Counted from the first letter of the stretch, positions 48,648 to 60,122 are shown. The stretch is 64,000 nucleotides of DNA from Terriglobales bacterium (GCA_050746185.1 JBOGLA010000040.1:117075-181074), one strand, 5' to 3'. Numbers and translations: made by a program. Notes: generated by a model from the sequence alone, not told the origin.

Positions 48648-51600
48648 GTGATCTCCCGAATCATTGAATGGTGCGCGCACAATCGTTTTCTGGTTTTTAC
48701 CGCAGTGTTGCTGCTGACGCTGGCGGGAATCTGGTCCATGAACCACGTTCCGCTCGACGCCCTGCCTGATATTTCAGACGTGCAAGTGATCATTCACACC
48801 AACTGGGAGGGCGAACCGCCCAACATCATCGAAGACCAGGTTACGTATCCGATTGTGACGGCTTTGCTGGCCGCGCCCAAGGTGAAAGCCGTCCGGGCGC
48901 AGACCATGTTCAATGACTCGTATGTCTTCGTCATATTTGAAGATGGAACCGATATTTATTGGGCACGTTCACGGGTTCTGGAGTATCTGCAAACGATTGA
49001 AAGTCGTTTGCCGGCCAATGTTCACCCCGCGATTGGCCCCGATGCGACCGGAGCGGGCTGGGTTTATGAGTATGTGCTGGTTGATCACAGTCACATGCAC
49101 AGTCTCGCCGACCTGAGAAGCCTTCAGGATTGGCATTTACGCTACCAGTTGGCAACTGTTCCCGGTGTGGCCGAAGTGGCCAGCATCGGCGGATTTGTGC
49201 GGCAGTACCAGGTTAATCTCGATCCCAACAAACTGCTTGCGTACGGGATTCCACTTTCCACGGTGATCGAACGGGTGCAATCGAGCACAAATGAGGTGGG
49301 AGGGCGAGTGCTCGAACTGAGCGGTACGAGATACATGATTCGCGGTCTCGGTTATCTCAAATCACTCGATGATCTGGCGAATGTTCCTGTGATGGCGAAG
49401 AACGGGACGCCGGTGTCAATCAAAGATCTGGGCACGGTTTCGTTCGGCCCAGATATCCGCGAAGGCGTGGCGGAGTGGAACGGCGAGGGCGAAACCGTGG
49501 GTGGCATTGTTGTGATGCGGTACGGGTTGAATGCTCTGAACGTGATTGATGGCGTCAAGAAAAAACTGGCCGAGATCCAAAGATCGCTGCCGCCGGGAGT
49601 CGAAATCGTTGCCGGGTATGATCGCGCCGGATTGATCAGCGAATCCATCACCACGCTGAAACATAGCCTGATCGAAGAAGCCATCATCGTGTCTCTGGTC
49701 ATTATTGTTTTCCTGTTTCACTTCCGCTCGGCGCTGATTCCGATCATCACCTTGCCCATTGCTCTCGCGCTCTCCTTCATCCCGATGTATTACCTGAACG
49801 TCAGCTCCAACATCATGTCGCTGGGCGGGCTGGCATTGGCCATTGGGGTCTTGGTGGACGCCGCCATCGTCATGGTGGAAAACGGATACCGTCATCTTTC
49901 CGAGCGCCCGGCGGGCGGGGCGGAGACATTGGTGGAAATCAAGTCTTCGGATGGAACGGTTTTCGAGACAGACACGGCGAAAGGCGCCGCAAGCAAACCA
50001 ACTAAGTTCTCCAACGAACGAGAGCGCGTCCGTATTCTCATTGATGGCGCGAAACAGGTTGGACCCGCGCTGTTTTTTTCTCTCCTGATTATTGTGGTTT
50101 CTTTCCTGCCGGTATTTCTTCTGGAAGCGCAGGAAGGGCGAATGTTCCGCCCATTGGCTTGGACGAAAACTCTGGCGGTAGGTTTCTCCTCAATTCTCGC
50201 AATCACTCTTGTTCCGATTCTGATGGTCATTTTCATCCGGGGCAAGCTGCGGCCAGAATCGGCGAATCCAGTTTCAAGAATTACGCAGGCGCTCTACTTG
50301 CCAGTTCTCCGGCTCTGTTTGAAATACCGGAAGACTACTTTACTGCTGAATTTGGCATTCCTGTTTTTGACGTTCCCTCTAATGTTCAAACTCGGCAGTC
50401 AATTCATGCCGTCACTATTCGAAGGCTCATCCCTCTACATGCCTACCGCGCTTCCCGGTATCTCCATTACACAGGCTTCCCAGCTCTTGCAGGAACAAGA
50501 CCGCATTCTCAAAACTTTCCCGGAAGTCGAGACCGTCTTCGGCGCGGTCGGCCGATCCGACAGCGCCACCGACAATGCTCCACTCGATATGTACGACACG
50601 ACAGTGATGCTCAAGCCGCGCGAGAAGTGGCGTTCCGGAATGACCTACGAAAAGCTGATTCGAGAAATGGATGAGAAGCTCCAGTTCCCCGGCCTCACCA
50701 ATACCTGGACCATGCCGGTTGAAAACCGTCTCGACATGGCTCTGACAGGAATCAAGACTCCCGTTGGCATGAAACTTCAAGGGGCGAACCTTGAACAAAT
50801 CCAGCAACTCGGATCGCAAGTTCAGCAGATCCTCTCCAGTCTGCCGCAGGTTCGCTCCGTCTTTGCCGAGCGGGTTTCTCAAGGCTTTTACATCAATGTG
50901 GACGTCAATCGCCCTGAGGCCGCAAAGTATGGCCTGACCATTGCCGACGTGCAGCAGGCAGTAGAGTCCGGCATCGGGGGCATGAACGTCGCCGAAAATA
51001 TTGAGGGACGCGAGCGTTATCCGATCAGTGTTCGCTATGAGCGCGACTTCCGCGACAACCTGGAAGAGCTCAACCGCGTGCTGATTGCTACACCTTCTGG
51101 CGCGCAGATACCGATTTCTGAGGTAGCCAGGATTTCATTCTCGCGCGGACCCGCGATGATCCGCGACGAAGATGGGCAACTTACCGGGTATGTCTACATT
51201 GACCTTAATACGAGCGACTACGGCGGCTTTGTAAATCAAGCCAGCAGCCTGCTTCGCCAGAAATTGCGATTGCGCGCAGGTTACACGTACCAATGGTCGG
51301 GCGAGTACGAGTTTCAGCTACGGGCAAAAGAACGGATGAAAATCATTTTGCCGGTCGTCTTCGCTGTGATCTTTCTGCTGCTATATATGGTGTTTCACTC
51401 CGTAACCGAGGCGCTGGTGCTGATCTTTCCTACATTTTATGCGATGACGGGAGGCCTCATTTTGCAGTGGTTGCTCGGATACAACTTCAGCGTAGCGGTC
51501 TGGGTCGGCTACATCGCGCTATTTGGTATAGCCGTGGAAACCGGTGTCGTGATGGTGGTCTATCTGCACGAAGCCCTGGATAAGCGTCTGCACTCAGGGC

Positions 51601-51914
51601 GTCCCCTTACTGAGGCCGATATTCAAGAAGCTGCAATCGAGGGTGCCGTGCAGAGACTCCGACCGAAGCTAATGACCGTCTGTGCCGTTCTCGCTGGCTT
51701 GATCCCGATCCTCTGGGCGAGCGGCATTGGCTCCGACGTGATGAAGCCCATTGCCGCTCCCATTGTTGGGGGAATGATTACTTCCACGATCCATGTGTTG
51801 ATCCTGGTGCCGGTGTTCTTTGTGCTCATGAAAGAACGGGAACTGAGGCGAGGAACGTTACAGCCGGATCCCAATAGAGGCAAGATCAATTCCAACCCGA
51901 CCCCTGCAAGCTAA
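48648..51914 (+). CDS. cusA: heavy-metal efflux RND transporter, CusA/CzcA family
   Basis: 1088-aa ORF with a GTG start after GGGAGG. It has a 12-TM HME-RND architecture and is paralogous to 21530-24679. Confidence 0.95.
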   Translation: MISRIIEWCAHNRFLVFTAVLLLTLAGIWSMNHVPLDALPDISDVQVIIHTNWEGEPPNIIEDQVTYPIVTALLAAPKVKAVRAQTMFNDSYVFVIFEDGTDIYWARSRVLEYLQTIESRLPANVHPAIGPDATGAGWVYEYVLVDHSHMHSLADLRSLQDWHLRYQLATVPGVAEVASIGGFVRQYQVNLDPNKLLAYGIPLSTVIERVQSSTNEVGGRVLELSGTRYMIRGLGYLKSLDDLANVPVMAKNGTPVSIKDLGTVSFGPDIREGVAEWNGEGETVGGIVVMRYGLNALNVIDGVKKKLAEIQRSLPPGVEIVAGYDRAGLISESITTLKHSLIEEAIIVSLVIIVFLFHFRSALIPIITLPIALALSFIPMYYLNVSSNIMSLGGLALAIGVLVDAAIVMVENGYRHLSERPAGGAETLVEIKSSDGTVFETDTAKGAASKPTKFSNERERVRILIDGAKQVGPALFFSLLIIVVSFLPVFLLEAQEGRMFRPLAWTKTLAVGFSSILAITLVPILMVIFIRGKLRPESANPVSRITQALYLPVLRLCLKYRKTTLLLNLAFLFLTFPLMFKLGSQFMPSLFEGSSLYMPTALPGISITQASQLLQEQDRILKTFPEVETVFGAVGRSDSATDNAPLDMYDTTVMLKPREKWRSGMTYEKLIREMDEKLQFPGLTNTWTMPVENRLDMALTGIKTPVGMKLQGANLEQIQQLGSQVQQILSSLPQVRSVFAERVSQGFYINVDVNRPEAAKYGLTIADVQQAVESGIGGMNVAENIEGRERYPISVRYERDFRDNLEELNRVLIATPSGAQIPISEVARISFSRGPAMIRDEDGQLTGYVYIDLNTSDYGGFVNQASSLLRQKLRLRAGYTYQWSGEYEFQLRAKERMKIILPVVFAVIFLLLYMVFHSVTEALVLIFPTFYAMTGGLILQWLLGYNFSVAVWVGYIALFGIAVETGVVMVVYLHEALDKRLHSGRPLTEADIQEAAIEGAVQRLRPKLMTVCAVLAGLIPILWASGIGSDVMKPIAAPIVGGMITSTIHVLILVPVFFVLMKERELRRGTLQPDPNRGKINSNPTPAS

Positions 51915-52259
51915 AAGCGGCGTCGCAACCAGCGTCTAAAATCGGAAATTCGGAGGTATCCAAGGATTGCCGACAACATTGTTATATGACCGCCGGGGAA
52001 CACTCCGACAGAAGGTCATAGGGTTCGAATACACAGATACCTTCGAGTCGGAGCTGAAGCCGATTTTTTGATCCGTACCAAATTTACTCCCACCGTCTTC
52101 CGATTCTCAGACCGCCGCGCAATCCACATATAGTCCGCAAGCTAAGGTTCACGGTCTTTCTCAGGGAAATTTGCCCCGCAACATTCCCCTCGTTCCGGGG
52201 TTCAAATCACCAGCAGCCAAGACGGCTTGACAAGGGCTGACCTTAATAACGGAGGCGAT

Positions 52260-52865
52260 ATGAAAAGGCAATTCAGCAACCTGTTACTGGGAGCGGCATT
52301 GGCTGCATTCGCACTGCCTGCGCTGGCTCAGACGAGTTCAAACACGCAGGATCCAGCGACCATTAATCAGCGCAAAGAAAATCAGCAGGACCGTATTGGC
52401 CAGGGCGTTCAGAGCGGACAACTGACGTCGGGCGAAACCGCAAATCTTGAGAAGAAACAAACGAACCTGAACCAGGAAGAGCGCGATATGCGCAAGCTGG
52501 ATAACGGGCATCTGACTGCGTCCGATCGCTCCACGCTGAATCAGCAGCAGAATCAGCTTTCCAACAAGATATATCAGGACAAGCACAACGCTGCGGCTCA
52601 GAACACGAACCCGAAGAGCGAAGTCGGCAAACGCGCCGAAAACCAGCAGGATCGCATTGCCCAGGGCGTGAAAAGCGGACAGCTTACGTCGCGCGAAACC
52701 GCGAATCTCGAATCGAGAGACGCTCGCATCAATCGCGAGGTTCATAACGACCGCGCGGCCAATGGCGGCAAGCTGACCGGCGCGGAAAAGGCGCAGGTCA
52801 ACCATCAACAGAACAGAGTCTCCCGCCGGATCTACCGCGACAAACATAATGGACGCAAACAGTAA
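52260..52865 (+). CDS. periplasmic tandem-repeat protein with LTxx(Q/E)-like motifs (Spy/CpxP/ZraP-like?)
   Basis: Start ATG 52260 follows GGAGG. The signal peptide is MKRQFSNLLLGAALAAFALPALA. It has two copies of a roughly 70-aa repeat (ENQQDRI[GA]QGV[QK]SGQLTS.ETANLE ... YQDKHN / YRDKHN). Confidence 0.5.
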   Translation: MKRQFSNLLLGAALAAFALPALAQTSSNTQDPATINQRKENQQDRIGQGVQSGQLTSGETANLEKKQTNLNQEERDMRKLDNGHLTASDRSTLNQQQNQLSNKIYQDKHNAAAQNTNPKSEVGKRAENQQDRIAQGVKSGQLTSRETANLESRDARINREVHNDRAANGGKLTGAEKAQVNHQQNRVSRRIYRDKHNGRKQ

Positions 52866-53141
52866 GGATTTGAATCGGCAGGAAGGGGCGCGGCGCGCGG
52901 CTGCGCCCTGATGGTGTTCTCCCAACAATGCAGAAGTATCTCGGATCAGTCCCGTCCACTTCACCAATGGCAGAAGCCGTTACGCGGACTAGGCCTGTCC
53001 GGGACGAAGTCGAAAAGGATGCGTCCGCGCCCGACCGGCAAATTCACAGGCGGAATCGCACGTTTCTCTTACATCTGCTGGCCGCAGATTCGCATCTCTA
53101 CTTATCGCCATTTCGGACCGACTAATTTTGGAGGAGTGATT

Positions 53142-53588
53142 ATGAAGGCAGTTGGAATCTCGTTGGTCCTGTTGCTTGGACTCATGCTCGGAGGCTGCGG
53201 CAACTCAAATAATTCGGGGAACATCAATGGGAATTGGACGGCGTCTCTGACCGACCCGACCAACAATACCGGGCCGGTTTTCGCTTTCACGACCTCGTTT
53301 ACGCAGATGAGCGGCAGCAGCGTGAGCGTAACCAACTTTAAGTTCACAAGCGAGAACGACTCGTGCTTTGGGACAGCAGGAACAGCAACAGGGACGTTCA
53401 CACTAGCTGGGGATTTTAATGGGAATGTGACTGGATCATTTTCGATGACAATTCAATCCGCATCACCCACTGGAAACACTCTGACCCTCTCGAACGGCGC
53501 CGTCACTAATGGTACGGTTATCGGCACGTGGACCCTTACGGGCCCGGGTTGTTCGGGATCCGGAGCGTTCACCTTGAATAAGATGTAG
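53142..53588 (+). CDS. lipoprotein, Gly/Thr/Asn-rich
   Basis: Start ATG 53142 follows GGAGGAG. The lipobox is LMLGGCG. The mature part is low-complexity Thr/Gly/Ser/Asn-rich. Confidence 0.5.
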   Translation: MKAVGISLVLLLGLMLGGCGNSNNSGNINGNWTASLTDPTNNTGPVFAFTTSFTQMSGSSVSVTNFKFTSENDSCFGTAGTATGTFTLAGDFNGNVTGSFSMTIQSASPTGNTLTLSNGAVTNGTVIGTWTLTGPGCSGSGAFTLNKM

Positions 53589-53638
53589 GGCTGCACCAAC
53601 TGCGGACCGTGCCGGGGGGCATTCGCACGCGGCACCGG

Positions 53639-54970
53639 CTACGCGCTGGCTTTGTCCGCGATGGGAAGAATTTCGTCGCCGTTCCTGGCGTCAAGTTCCA
53701 ACTGCTCCTGCCCGCTTAGCACCGTCACTTTGCCGCGATAAGTCTTCAGGTGCCGCTGCGCGGTTTCAAAAGCGTCCTGCGCTTTGTTGAGGCTCTTGCC
53801 GACGTTCTCGAACTGATTCTGGAAGTGGTCGAATGACTTTTGTGCCTTGGCCAGTTCCACGCGGCTTTTTTCGAAACGGCTTGCAACCTCATACCATTTG
53901 TGGACGAGAGCGATGGTCTGCAAAGTCATCAGCAAAGTGTTCGGCGATACCGGAAACACATGCTGCTGGTTGAGCCAGTCGGCGAGCTCGCGATTGCGTA
54001 CAGCTTCCATGTAAAGCGTCTCGCTCGGCAAATACATGAGAGCGATTTCGGTGGTTCCATATTCCGGCTGGATGTAGGCCTTGATGCGCCTGGCTTCTGC
54101 TTTCATTACGCGCACGAATTCGTGCCGCGCCAGTTCGATCTCGGCCTCAACGTTGCTTTCGAAGAGCGCCAGCACTTGTTCGCGGGGGAATTTTGCATCA
54201 ATTGGCAATCGGCGGTCGGGGAATTGGATCATGGCGTCAACCCGTCCGCCGCCCGGGGACACCGTGCATTGCAGTTCGAACATATGCGCCGGTAAGAAGT
54301 CTGCAAGCAGGCGCTCCAGGCTGGCTTCTCCGAATGTGCCTCGCAGATGCGGGAGCTTTAACAGATTATTCAGATCGTTGATGGAATGACCGAGCGCGCC
54401 GACCTCGCGTAATTGTTCTTCCGCAGCTTTCAAGTGCTGCTGGACTTTTTCAAACTGAGCGAAACCTTCTTTGATATTTTGATCCAGCTTTTGCTGAACC
54501 TGATCGGTGACGGCGAGCAGTTTTGCGTCCACGCGATCGCGGATCGAATCGAGGCTCTGCATCGTCTTCTGAGTCAGGTTGTCGAAGTCGGACTTGAGCT
54601 GTGAAGTAGTCAGGGCCAGCGAAGAGGTCAATTCCACGCGAGCCTCGGCAAGGCGTCCGGCCTGTTCGTTGCGCCCTGCCTTCATTTGCTCTTCCACAGC
54701 GCCGCGTATGCCGGAAAAACCGTCCCCCAGGCGATCGGCAACCTGCTGGCGCAAGTCGCCCTTGGTTTGCTCGAGGCGCATGGCCATATCGGCGGTTGAA
54801 GCCGCGAACTGCTTCGACAATGTCTGATGCAGGGACTCAGCCTGGCTGGCAAGCTGCGCGAGGGCCCCGGCCTGACCCGTGGAGCGGGTAAAGCGCTGAT
54901 AGAGCAATACGGCAAGCACCAGAAGTACTAGGTTCGAAACGAGAAGAAAGCCGAGCAGTAATGTCTCCAT
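53639..54970 (-). CDS. rmuC: DNA recombination protein RmuC
   Basis: 443-aa ORF with an N-terminal TM, a long coiled coil, and a C-terminal RmuC nuclease-like domain (PDRRLPIDAKFP ... MYLPSETLY). Confidence 0.8.
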   Translation of the reverse strand: METLLLGFLLVSNLVLLVLAVLLYQRFTRSTGQAGALAQLASQAESLHQTLSKQFAASTADMAMRLEQTKGDLRQQVADRLGDGFSGIRGAVEEQMKAGRNEQAGRLAEARVELTSSLALTTSQLKSDFDNLTQKTMQSLDSIRDRVDAKLLAVTDQVQQKLDQNIKEGFAQFEKVQQHLKAAEEQLREVGALGHSINDLNNLLKLPHLRGTFGEASLERLLADFLPAHMFELQCTVSPGGGRVDAMIQFPDRRLPIDAKFPREQVLALFESNVEAEIELARHEFVRVMKAEARRIKAYIQPEYGTTEIALMYLPSETLYMEAVRNRELADWLNQQHVFPVSPNTLLMTLQTIALVHKWYEVASRFEKSRVELAKAQKSFDHFQNQFENVGKSLNKAQDAFETAQRHLKTYRGKVTVLSGQEQLELDARNGDEILPIADKASA

Positions 54971-55048
54971 TGTAATGATGCGTGTCTGAATTCTAGAGCG
55001 TATCGTCCAGGGAACAAAGTAATAAGTTGTATCTCCGGGTTCTTATGC

Positions 55049-55918
55049 GTGGGTACCACCATGCCTAGGAACACTATAGCGTTGTTGGGTATTTTGCTGT
55101 TTTCGGGCGTCCCATGGGCGCAGAATCCGTCGCAAAAGCCGGCAAGAATCAGCGATGCCTCCTTGCACCAGAGTTCATCTGGCCCGAATTCGTTTGCTTT
55201 TGGATCGGATGCGGAGCGCAAGCTGTTTGATCTGGCGAACCAGGCTCGAATCGAAGCTGGACTTTCACCCCTTCAGGCAGATGAAGGATTGACCCGGGCC
55301 GCTCGCGCTCATGCCGCGGCAATGGCCGCGCAACAGCAACTTTCGCATCAACTTCCGGGCGAACCGGCGCTTCCGCAGCGGTTGGCCGCGGAGACAAAAC
55401 TGCATCTTGATACTGCCGGAGAAAACGTCGCCTACGCCGCGACCGTGGAACGGGCCGCCGACAACCTGATGCATTCTCCGCAACATCGGGAAAATCTGTT
55501 GAGCGTTGACTACAACGTCGCCGGATTTGCCGTGGTACAGAGTGGCCCACGGCTTTACGTGGTGCAGGACTTCGGGCACAGCTTGCCATCGTTTTCCGTG
55601 CGGCAGGCCGACAGTGCAATCACGGATGGTATTAATCACATGCGGGCCGATGCGGCGCTGCCGAATTTGCAAAGGGCTGACGATGCCGCGGCAAAATCTC
55701 TGGCATGCGCAATGGCGAATGCCGATTCGCTAAAGACGCCGTCGCCTGGAGGGCGGTATATCCTGCGCTACACGGCAATGCAGCCGGAGAATCTTCCTGC
55801 TGGGATTTCGAAGATTATTGCGGATCGCGCCCTGAACAGCTTTTCCGAAGGATCATGTTATGCGAAAACGGCAAGCTATCCGAATGGAGCATATTGGGTG
55901 GCGTTGATTTTCTACTGA
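55049..55918 (+). CDS. secreted CAP-domain (SCP/PR-1-like) protein
   Basis: 289-aa ORF with a signal peptide. The CAP signature is HSPQHRENLL ... YNVAGFAV with a preceding helix region. Confidence 0.65.
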   Translation: MGTTMPRNTIALLGILLFSGVPWAQNPSQKPARISDASLHQSSSGPNSFAFGSDAERKLFDLANQARIEAGLSPLQADEGLTRAARAHAAAMAAQQQLSHQLPGEPALPQRLAAETKLHLDTAGENVAYAATVERAADNLMHSPQHRENLLSVDYNVAGFAVVQSGPRLYVVQDFGHSLPSFSVRQADSAITDGINHMRADAALPNLQRADDAAAKSLACAMANADSLKTPSPGGRYILRYTAMQPENLPAGISKIIADRALNSFSEGSCYAKTASYPNGAYWVALIFY

Positions 55919-55929
55919 GCGATACACGT

Positions 55930-56889
55930 GTGCTACCCTTCACATTTGTGCAGCAAGCCCCGCAGATTCGCATCGGCACTGCCGGATGGTCGTATAAAGA
56001 CTGGGAAGGCATTTTCTATCCGCCGGGGATGCAGCGCAGAAAAGAACATCCCCTAGAGTATCTCGCGCAATGCTTTGATGTGGTCGAAGTGAATACATCT
56101 TTTTATGGACACATCAAGCCGGAACTGGCAAAACTTTGGGCGAGACGAGTTTCAGGCAATCCTAATTTTGCTTTTACTGCCAAGCTGCATCGTTCGTTCA
56201 CACATTCGCCCCTGGCAGTAATGGAACCGACTTCCGCAGCCAGCATCAGGCCGAATGACGAAGACGAGAAGCTTGCCCGCGAGGGACTGGAGGCGCTGGC
56301 GGCGACAGGAAAGTTCGGCGCGTTGCTGATTCAGTTTCCAGTGTCGTTCAAAAATACTTCGCTCAACCGCGAGTACGTCGAAGTGCTGCTGCGGCAGTTC
56401 ATCGAATATCCGCGGGTCCTTGAAGTGCGACACTCGAGCTGGGACAATCCTGAGACGTTGGAGTACTTCGCGCGAAACGACGTTGCGTTCTGCAATATTG
56501 ATCAGCCACTGATAGGAAGATCGCTGGAGCCGACCGAGCACGTGACTTCAGCGATTGGATACGTTCGAATGCACGGACGAAATTACGATCAGTGGTTTGA
56601 ATCCGAGAAGCGCGACGACCGCTACAACTATCTCTACAAAGAGCCGGAACTCGCGGGATGGAAAGAAAAAATCGAACACATTTCAGAAAAGACAAAAGTA
56701 ACCTACGTGATTGCCAACAACCATTTCGAAGCCAAGGCCGGAGTCAACGCGCTACAACTGAAACATATGCTGACAGGTCAACGCGTCAGGGCTCCTGAGG
56801 TGTTGCTGGCGCATTATCCTGAATTGAAGACAATTGCGGATCCTCTTCCAGAGACAGCGTCCGGCCCCAGCCTACCTCTGCTCGCGTAA
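55930..56889 (+). CDS. DUF72 (YecE-like) family protein
   Basis: IRIGTAGWSYKDWEGIFYP is the DUF72 signature. The start is tentatively set at GTG 55930 because the longer ORF (from 55705) overlaps the CAP gene. Confidence 0.65.
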   Translation: MLPFTFVQQAPQIRIGTAGWSYKDWEGIFYPPGMQRRKEHPLEYLAQCFDVVEVNTSFYGHIKPELAKLWARRVSGNPNFAFTAKLHRSFTHSPLAVMEPTSAASIRPNDEDEKLAREGLEALAATGKFGALLIQFPVSFKNTSLNREYVEVLLRQFIEYPRVLEVRHSSWDNPETLEYFARNDVAFCNIDQPLIGRSLEPTEHVTSAIGYVRMHGRNYDQWFESEKRDDRYNYLYKEPELAGWKEKIEHISEKTKVTYVIANNHFEAKAGVNALQLKHMLTGQRVRAPEVLLAHYPELKTIADPLPETASGPSLPLLA

Positions 56890-57213
56890 CCAAATATTCA
56901 CAATTCTTCCTGGAACTTTCAGATGAGCTCAGCGTATCTCCACTAACGTTTGATCGCGCGCGCCGTCAAATGAGAGAGCAGCAAAGGAGAGGGTTATGGA
57001 CGCAAAATACAATTTCATTATTGACAGTTGGAAATGGCGCATCGGCTTGAATGTTGCCGGATTCGGACTGTGGTTGGTCGCGGCGGTGGGATTGTTTAAG
57101 TTGGCCGCGTAATTCTTGCAGTGCGCCACGCGCGAATTCGATGACACATTGCGGTGGCTGCATTATCGAAGCAATAGCTGGCCACATTCCTATTTCGGAA
57201 TAACAATAACGAT

Positions 57214-57245
57214 GTAGGCGCGAGCGTCCTCGCTCGTGCTGCCCC
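57214..57245 (+). repeat. REP-like palindromic element, left arm of inverted pair flanking the RAYT gene
   Basis: GTAGGCGCGAGCGTCCTCGCTCGTGCTGCCCC contains an internal hairpin CGAGCG-tcct-CGCTCG. Its exact reverse complement is at 57764-57795. Confidence 0.7.
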
Positions 57246-57248
57246 AAC

Positions 57249-57755
57249 ATGATATTCGTTGGGTGTGCGGAGGAAATACGAATACCGTCGGCATCTTCCC
57301 ACTATCAAGGCGAGCGCACGGCGATCTTTGCGACGTTCCCTACTCACCATCGCTGGATACTTCCTGATGTCGCGAGAAGCGTTGCCCTCGAGGCTTGCAT
57401 TTGGGGGAACGGGAGACGATTTGACTTAAACGGCGTTGTGGTGATGCCAGACCACGTGCACCTGGTACTTACTCCTCTTTGCGACGGCGATGAAGTGTAC
57501 AGCGTAGCGGAGATCATGCAGGGAATTAAGAGCAGTTCAGCGCATCAGATCAACCACGTGTTGAATCGAGCGGGCCAGGTCTGGCAGCGGGAGTCGTTTG
57601 ATCACGTGTTGCGCCGTGAAGAGGGAATTGAGGTCAAGGTCGAGTAGATCATTCATAACCCGGTGCGGGCGGGGTTGGTACGCGAGAGTGCGGAGTATAT
57701 ATGGCTTTGGGTAGCTCCAAAAGATGCAGATATCCGCATTCGCAACGCGATGTAG
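57249..57755 (+). pseudogene. REP-associated tyrosine transposase (RAYT, IS200-like HUH) with in-frame TAG at the catalytic-Tyr position
   Basis: The HUH motif is VVMPDHVHLVL. After the TAG at 57645-57647 the same frame continues IIHNPVRAGLV...YIWLW, the RAYT C-terminus. The TAG aligns 5 residues before the NP motif, where E. coli TnpA-REP has its catalytic Tyr. Confidence 0.65.
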
Positions 57756-57763
57756 GCGTCCCG

Positions 57764-57791
57764 GGGGCAGCACGAGCGAGGACGCTCGCGC

Positions 57792-57795
<4 letters not shown>
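57764..57795 (+). repeat. REP-like palindromic element, right arm (reverse complement of 57214-57245)
   Basis: GGGGCAGCACGAGCGAGGACGCTCGCGCCTAC. It overlaps the ispG stop codon. Confidence 0.7.
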
Positions 57796-59027
<1,232 letters not shown>

Positions 59028-59414
59028 TGGGAAGCTTTATTTTAGCATGTGGGGGACGGAGTGCCCTACTACAGCCTCCTGGTTAAAGAAGTCACGTTTG
59101 TTCTGAATTCGTAACAAGATTGGGAATTCGGTTTAGGTTGACAGGTCTGTGGTAGCCTTCACGCAACTGGCTCTTGCGTGGCTGAAAAGGAGGACAAGAC
59201 ATGGCGGCAAATTCGAACCATCGCCTGATTAATGAGCTATTTCAGCAAACAACCCTCGGCGGCGCTTCTAATCTCGCAGGCGGCTGCATTCTTAGACTTT
59301 CCTTGGCGCTTGGTACGCTTTCGGCTACGATCCTAGTGATGTCGGGGTGCGCGAGTATTAAGGGGCCAAAGGTCCCGGCAGTTTTTTGTCATAGATAAGG
59401 CAACCGATGCCCGA

Positions 59415-59999
59415 GTGTTGCAAGAGGTTCAAAGTTATCGCGATGGTAAATGCCTTAATGACAATAGCAAAACGTGCAAGCAAGATCGCGCGGAACGAGA
59501 CACAATCATTTACGACCTAAAGATGATAATTGATCGCGACTATGAGAATTACGCTGGCAGTTTTGAGAGAACGCAAGATACATCAATCTTCCTAGGAGAG
59601 ACCTCGGCAGCAACTCTAACGGCGGTCGCCACCGTAGTCGGCGCGACAGCGACGAAAGACATTTTGACGACCGCTTCGACACTAGTGCAATCGACTTCGG
59701 TCAGTGCCCAGAAGAACTTTTACCAAAAGCAAACCAGCTACGCGATCATCAACGTAATGGATTCTGAACGGGCGAAGAAATGGGCTCTGATTTATGACCT
59801 TGTGGTAAAGAACGACATCGACAAATATCCCCTCAGCGAAGCCTTGTCGGATCTCGTTGACTATCGGAGAGCTGGGGGTGCCCTCCAGGCCTTGACCTCG
59901 ATTCTGCAGACAGCCGGACAAACGAAGGCTACCGCAGCCGCCGACATTAAGAACACAAACGTTGCCAATGGCCTCACAACGTCCAAAACTCCGAATTAA
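59415..59999 (+). CDS. hypothetical protein, probable body of a frameshifted lipoprotein gene (low GC)
   Basis: 194-aa ORF with only a GTG start, about 45% GC. An upstream ORF (59201-59398, other frame) encodes a lipobox-like LVMSGC and stops 9 codons after a T6 tract at 59382-59387. Confidence 0.35.
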   Translation: MLQEVQSYRDGKCLNDNSKTCKQDRAERDTIIYDLKMIIDRDYENYAGSFERTQDTSIFLGETSAATLTAVATVVGATATKDILTTASTLVQSTSVSAQKNFYQKQTSYAIINVMDSERAKKWALIYDLVVKNDIDKYPLSEALSDLVDYRRAGGALQALTSILQTAGQTKATAAADIKNTNVANGLTTSKTPN

Positions 60000-60122
60000 A
60001 CGCATGGCTACGCTCTTTAGGGAACTGGTCCAAGCTGTCGAGGCTGCGCCCGACTAGACAGCCGAGGGCGGCTGTCTCTACGTGGCCGTTGCCACTTCCA
60101 CGACCTAAGCTCGCGAACCGCC

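Noticed and set aside
51960-52210. Two GGTTCGAAT / GGTTCAAAT T-loop-like strings in the intergenic region after cusA, which raised the question of a tRNA or tmRNA gene
   Set aside because: Flanking bases do not form a T-stem, and no acceptor stem or anticodon arm can be folded. These are chance matches.
52338-52967. 209-aa minus-strand ORF overlapping the tandem-repeat periplasmic protein gene
   Set aside because: The sense strand has an RBS, a signal peptide and internal repeats. The antisense ORF has none of these.
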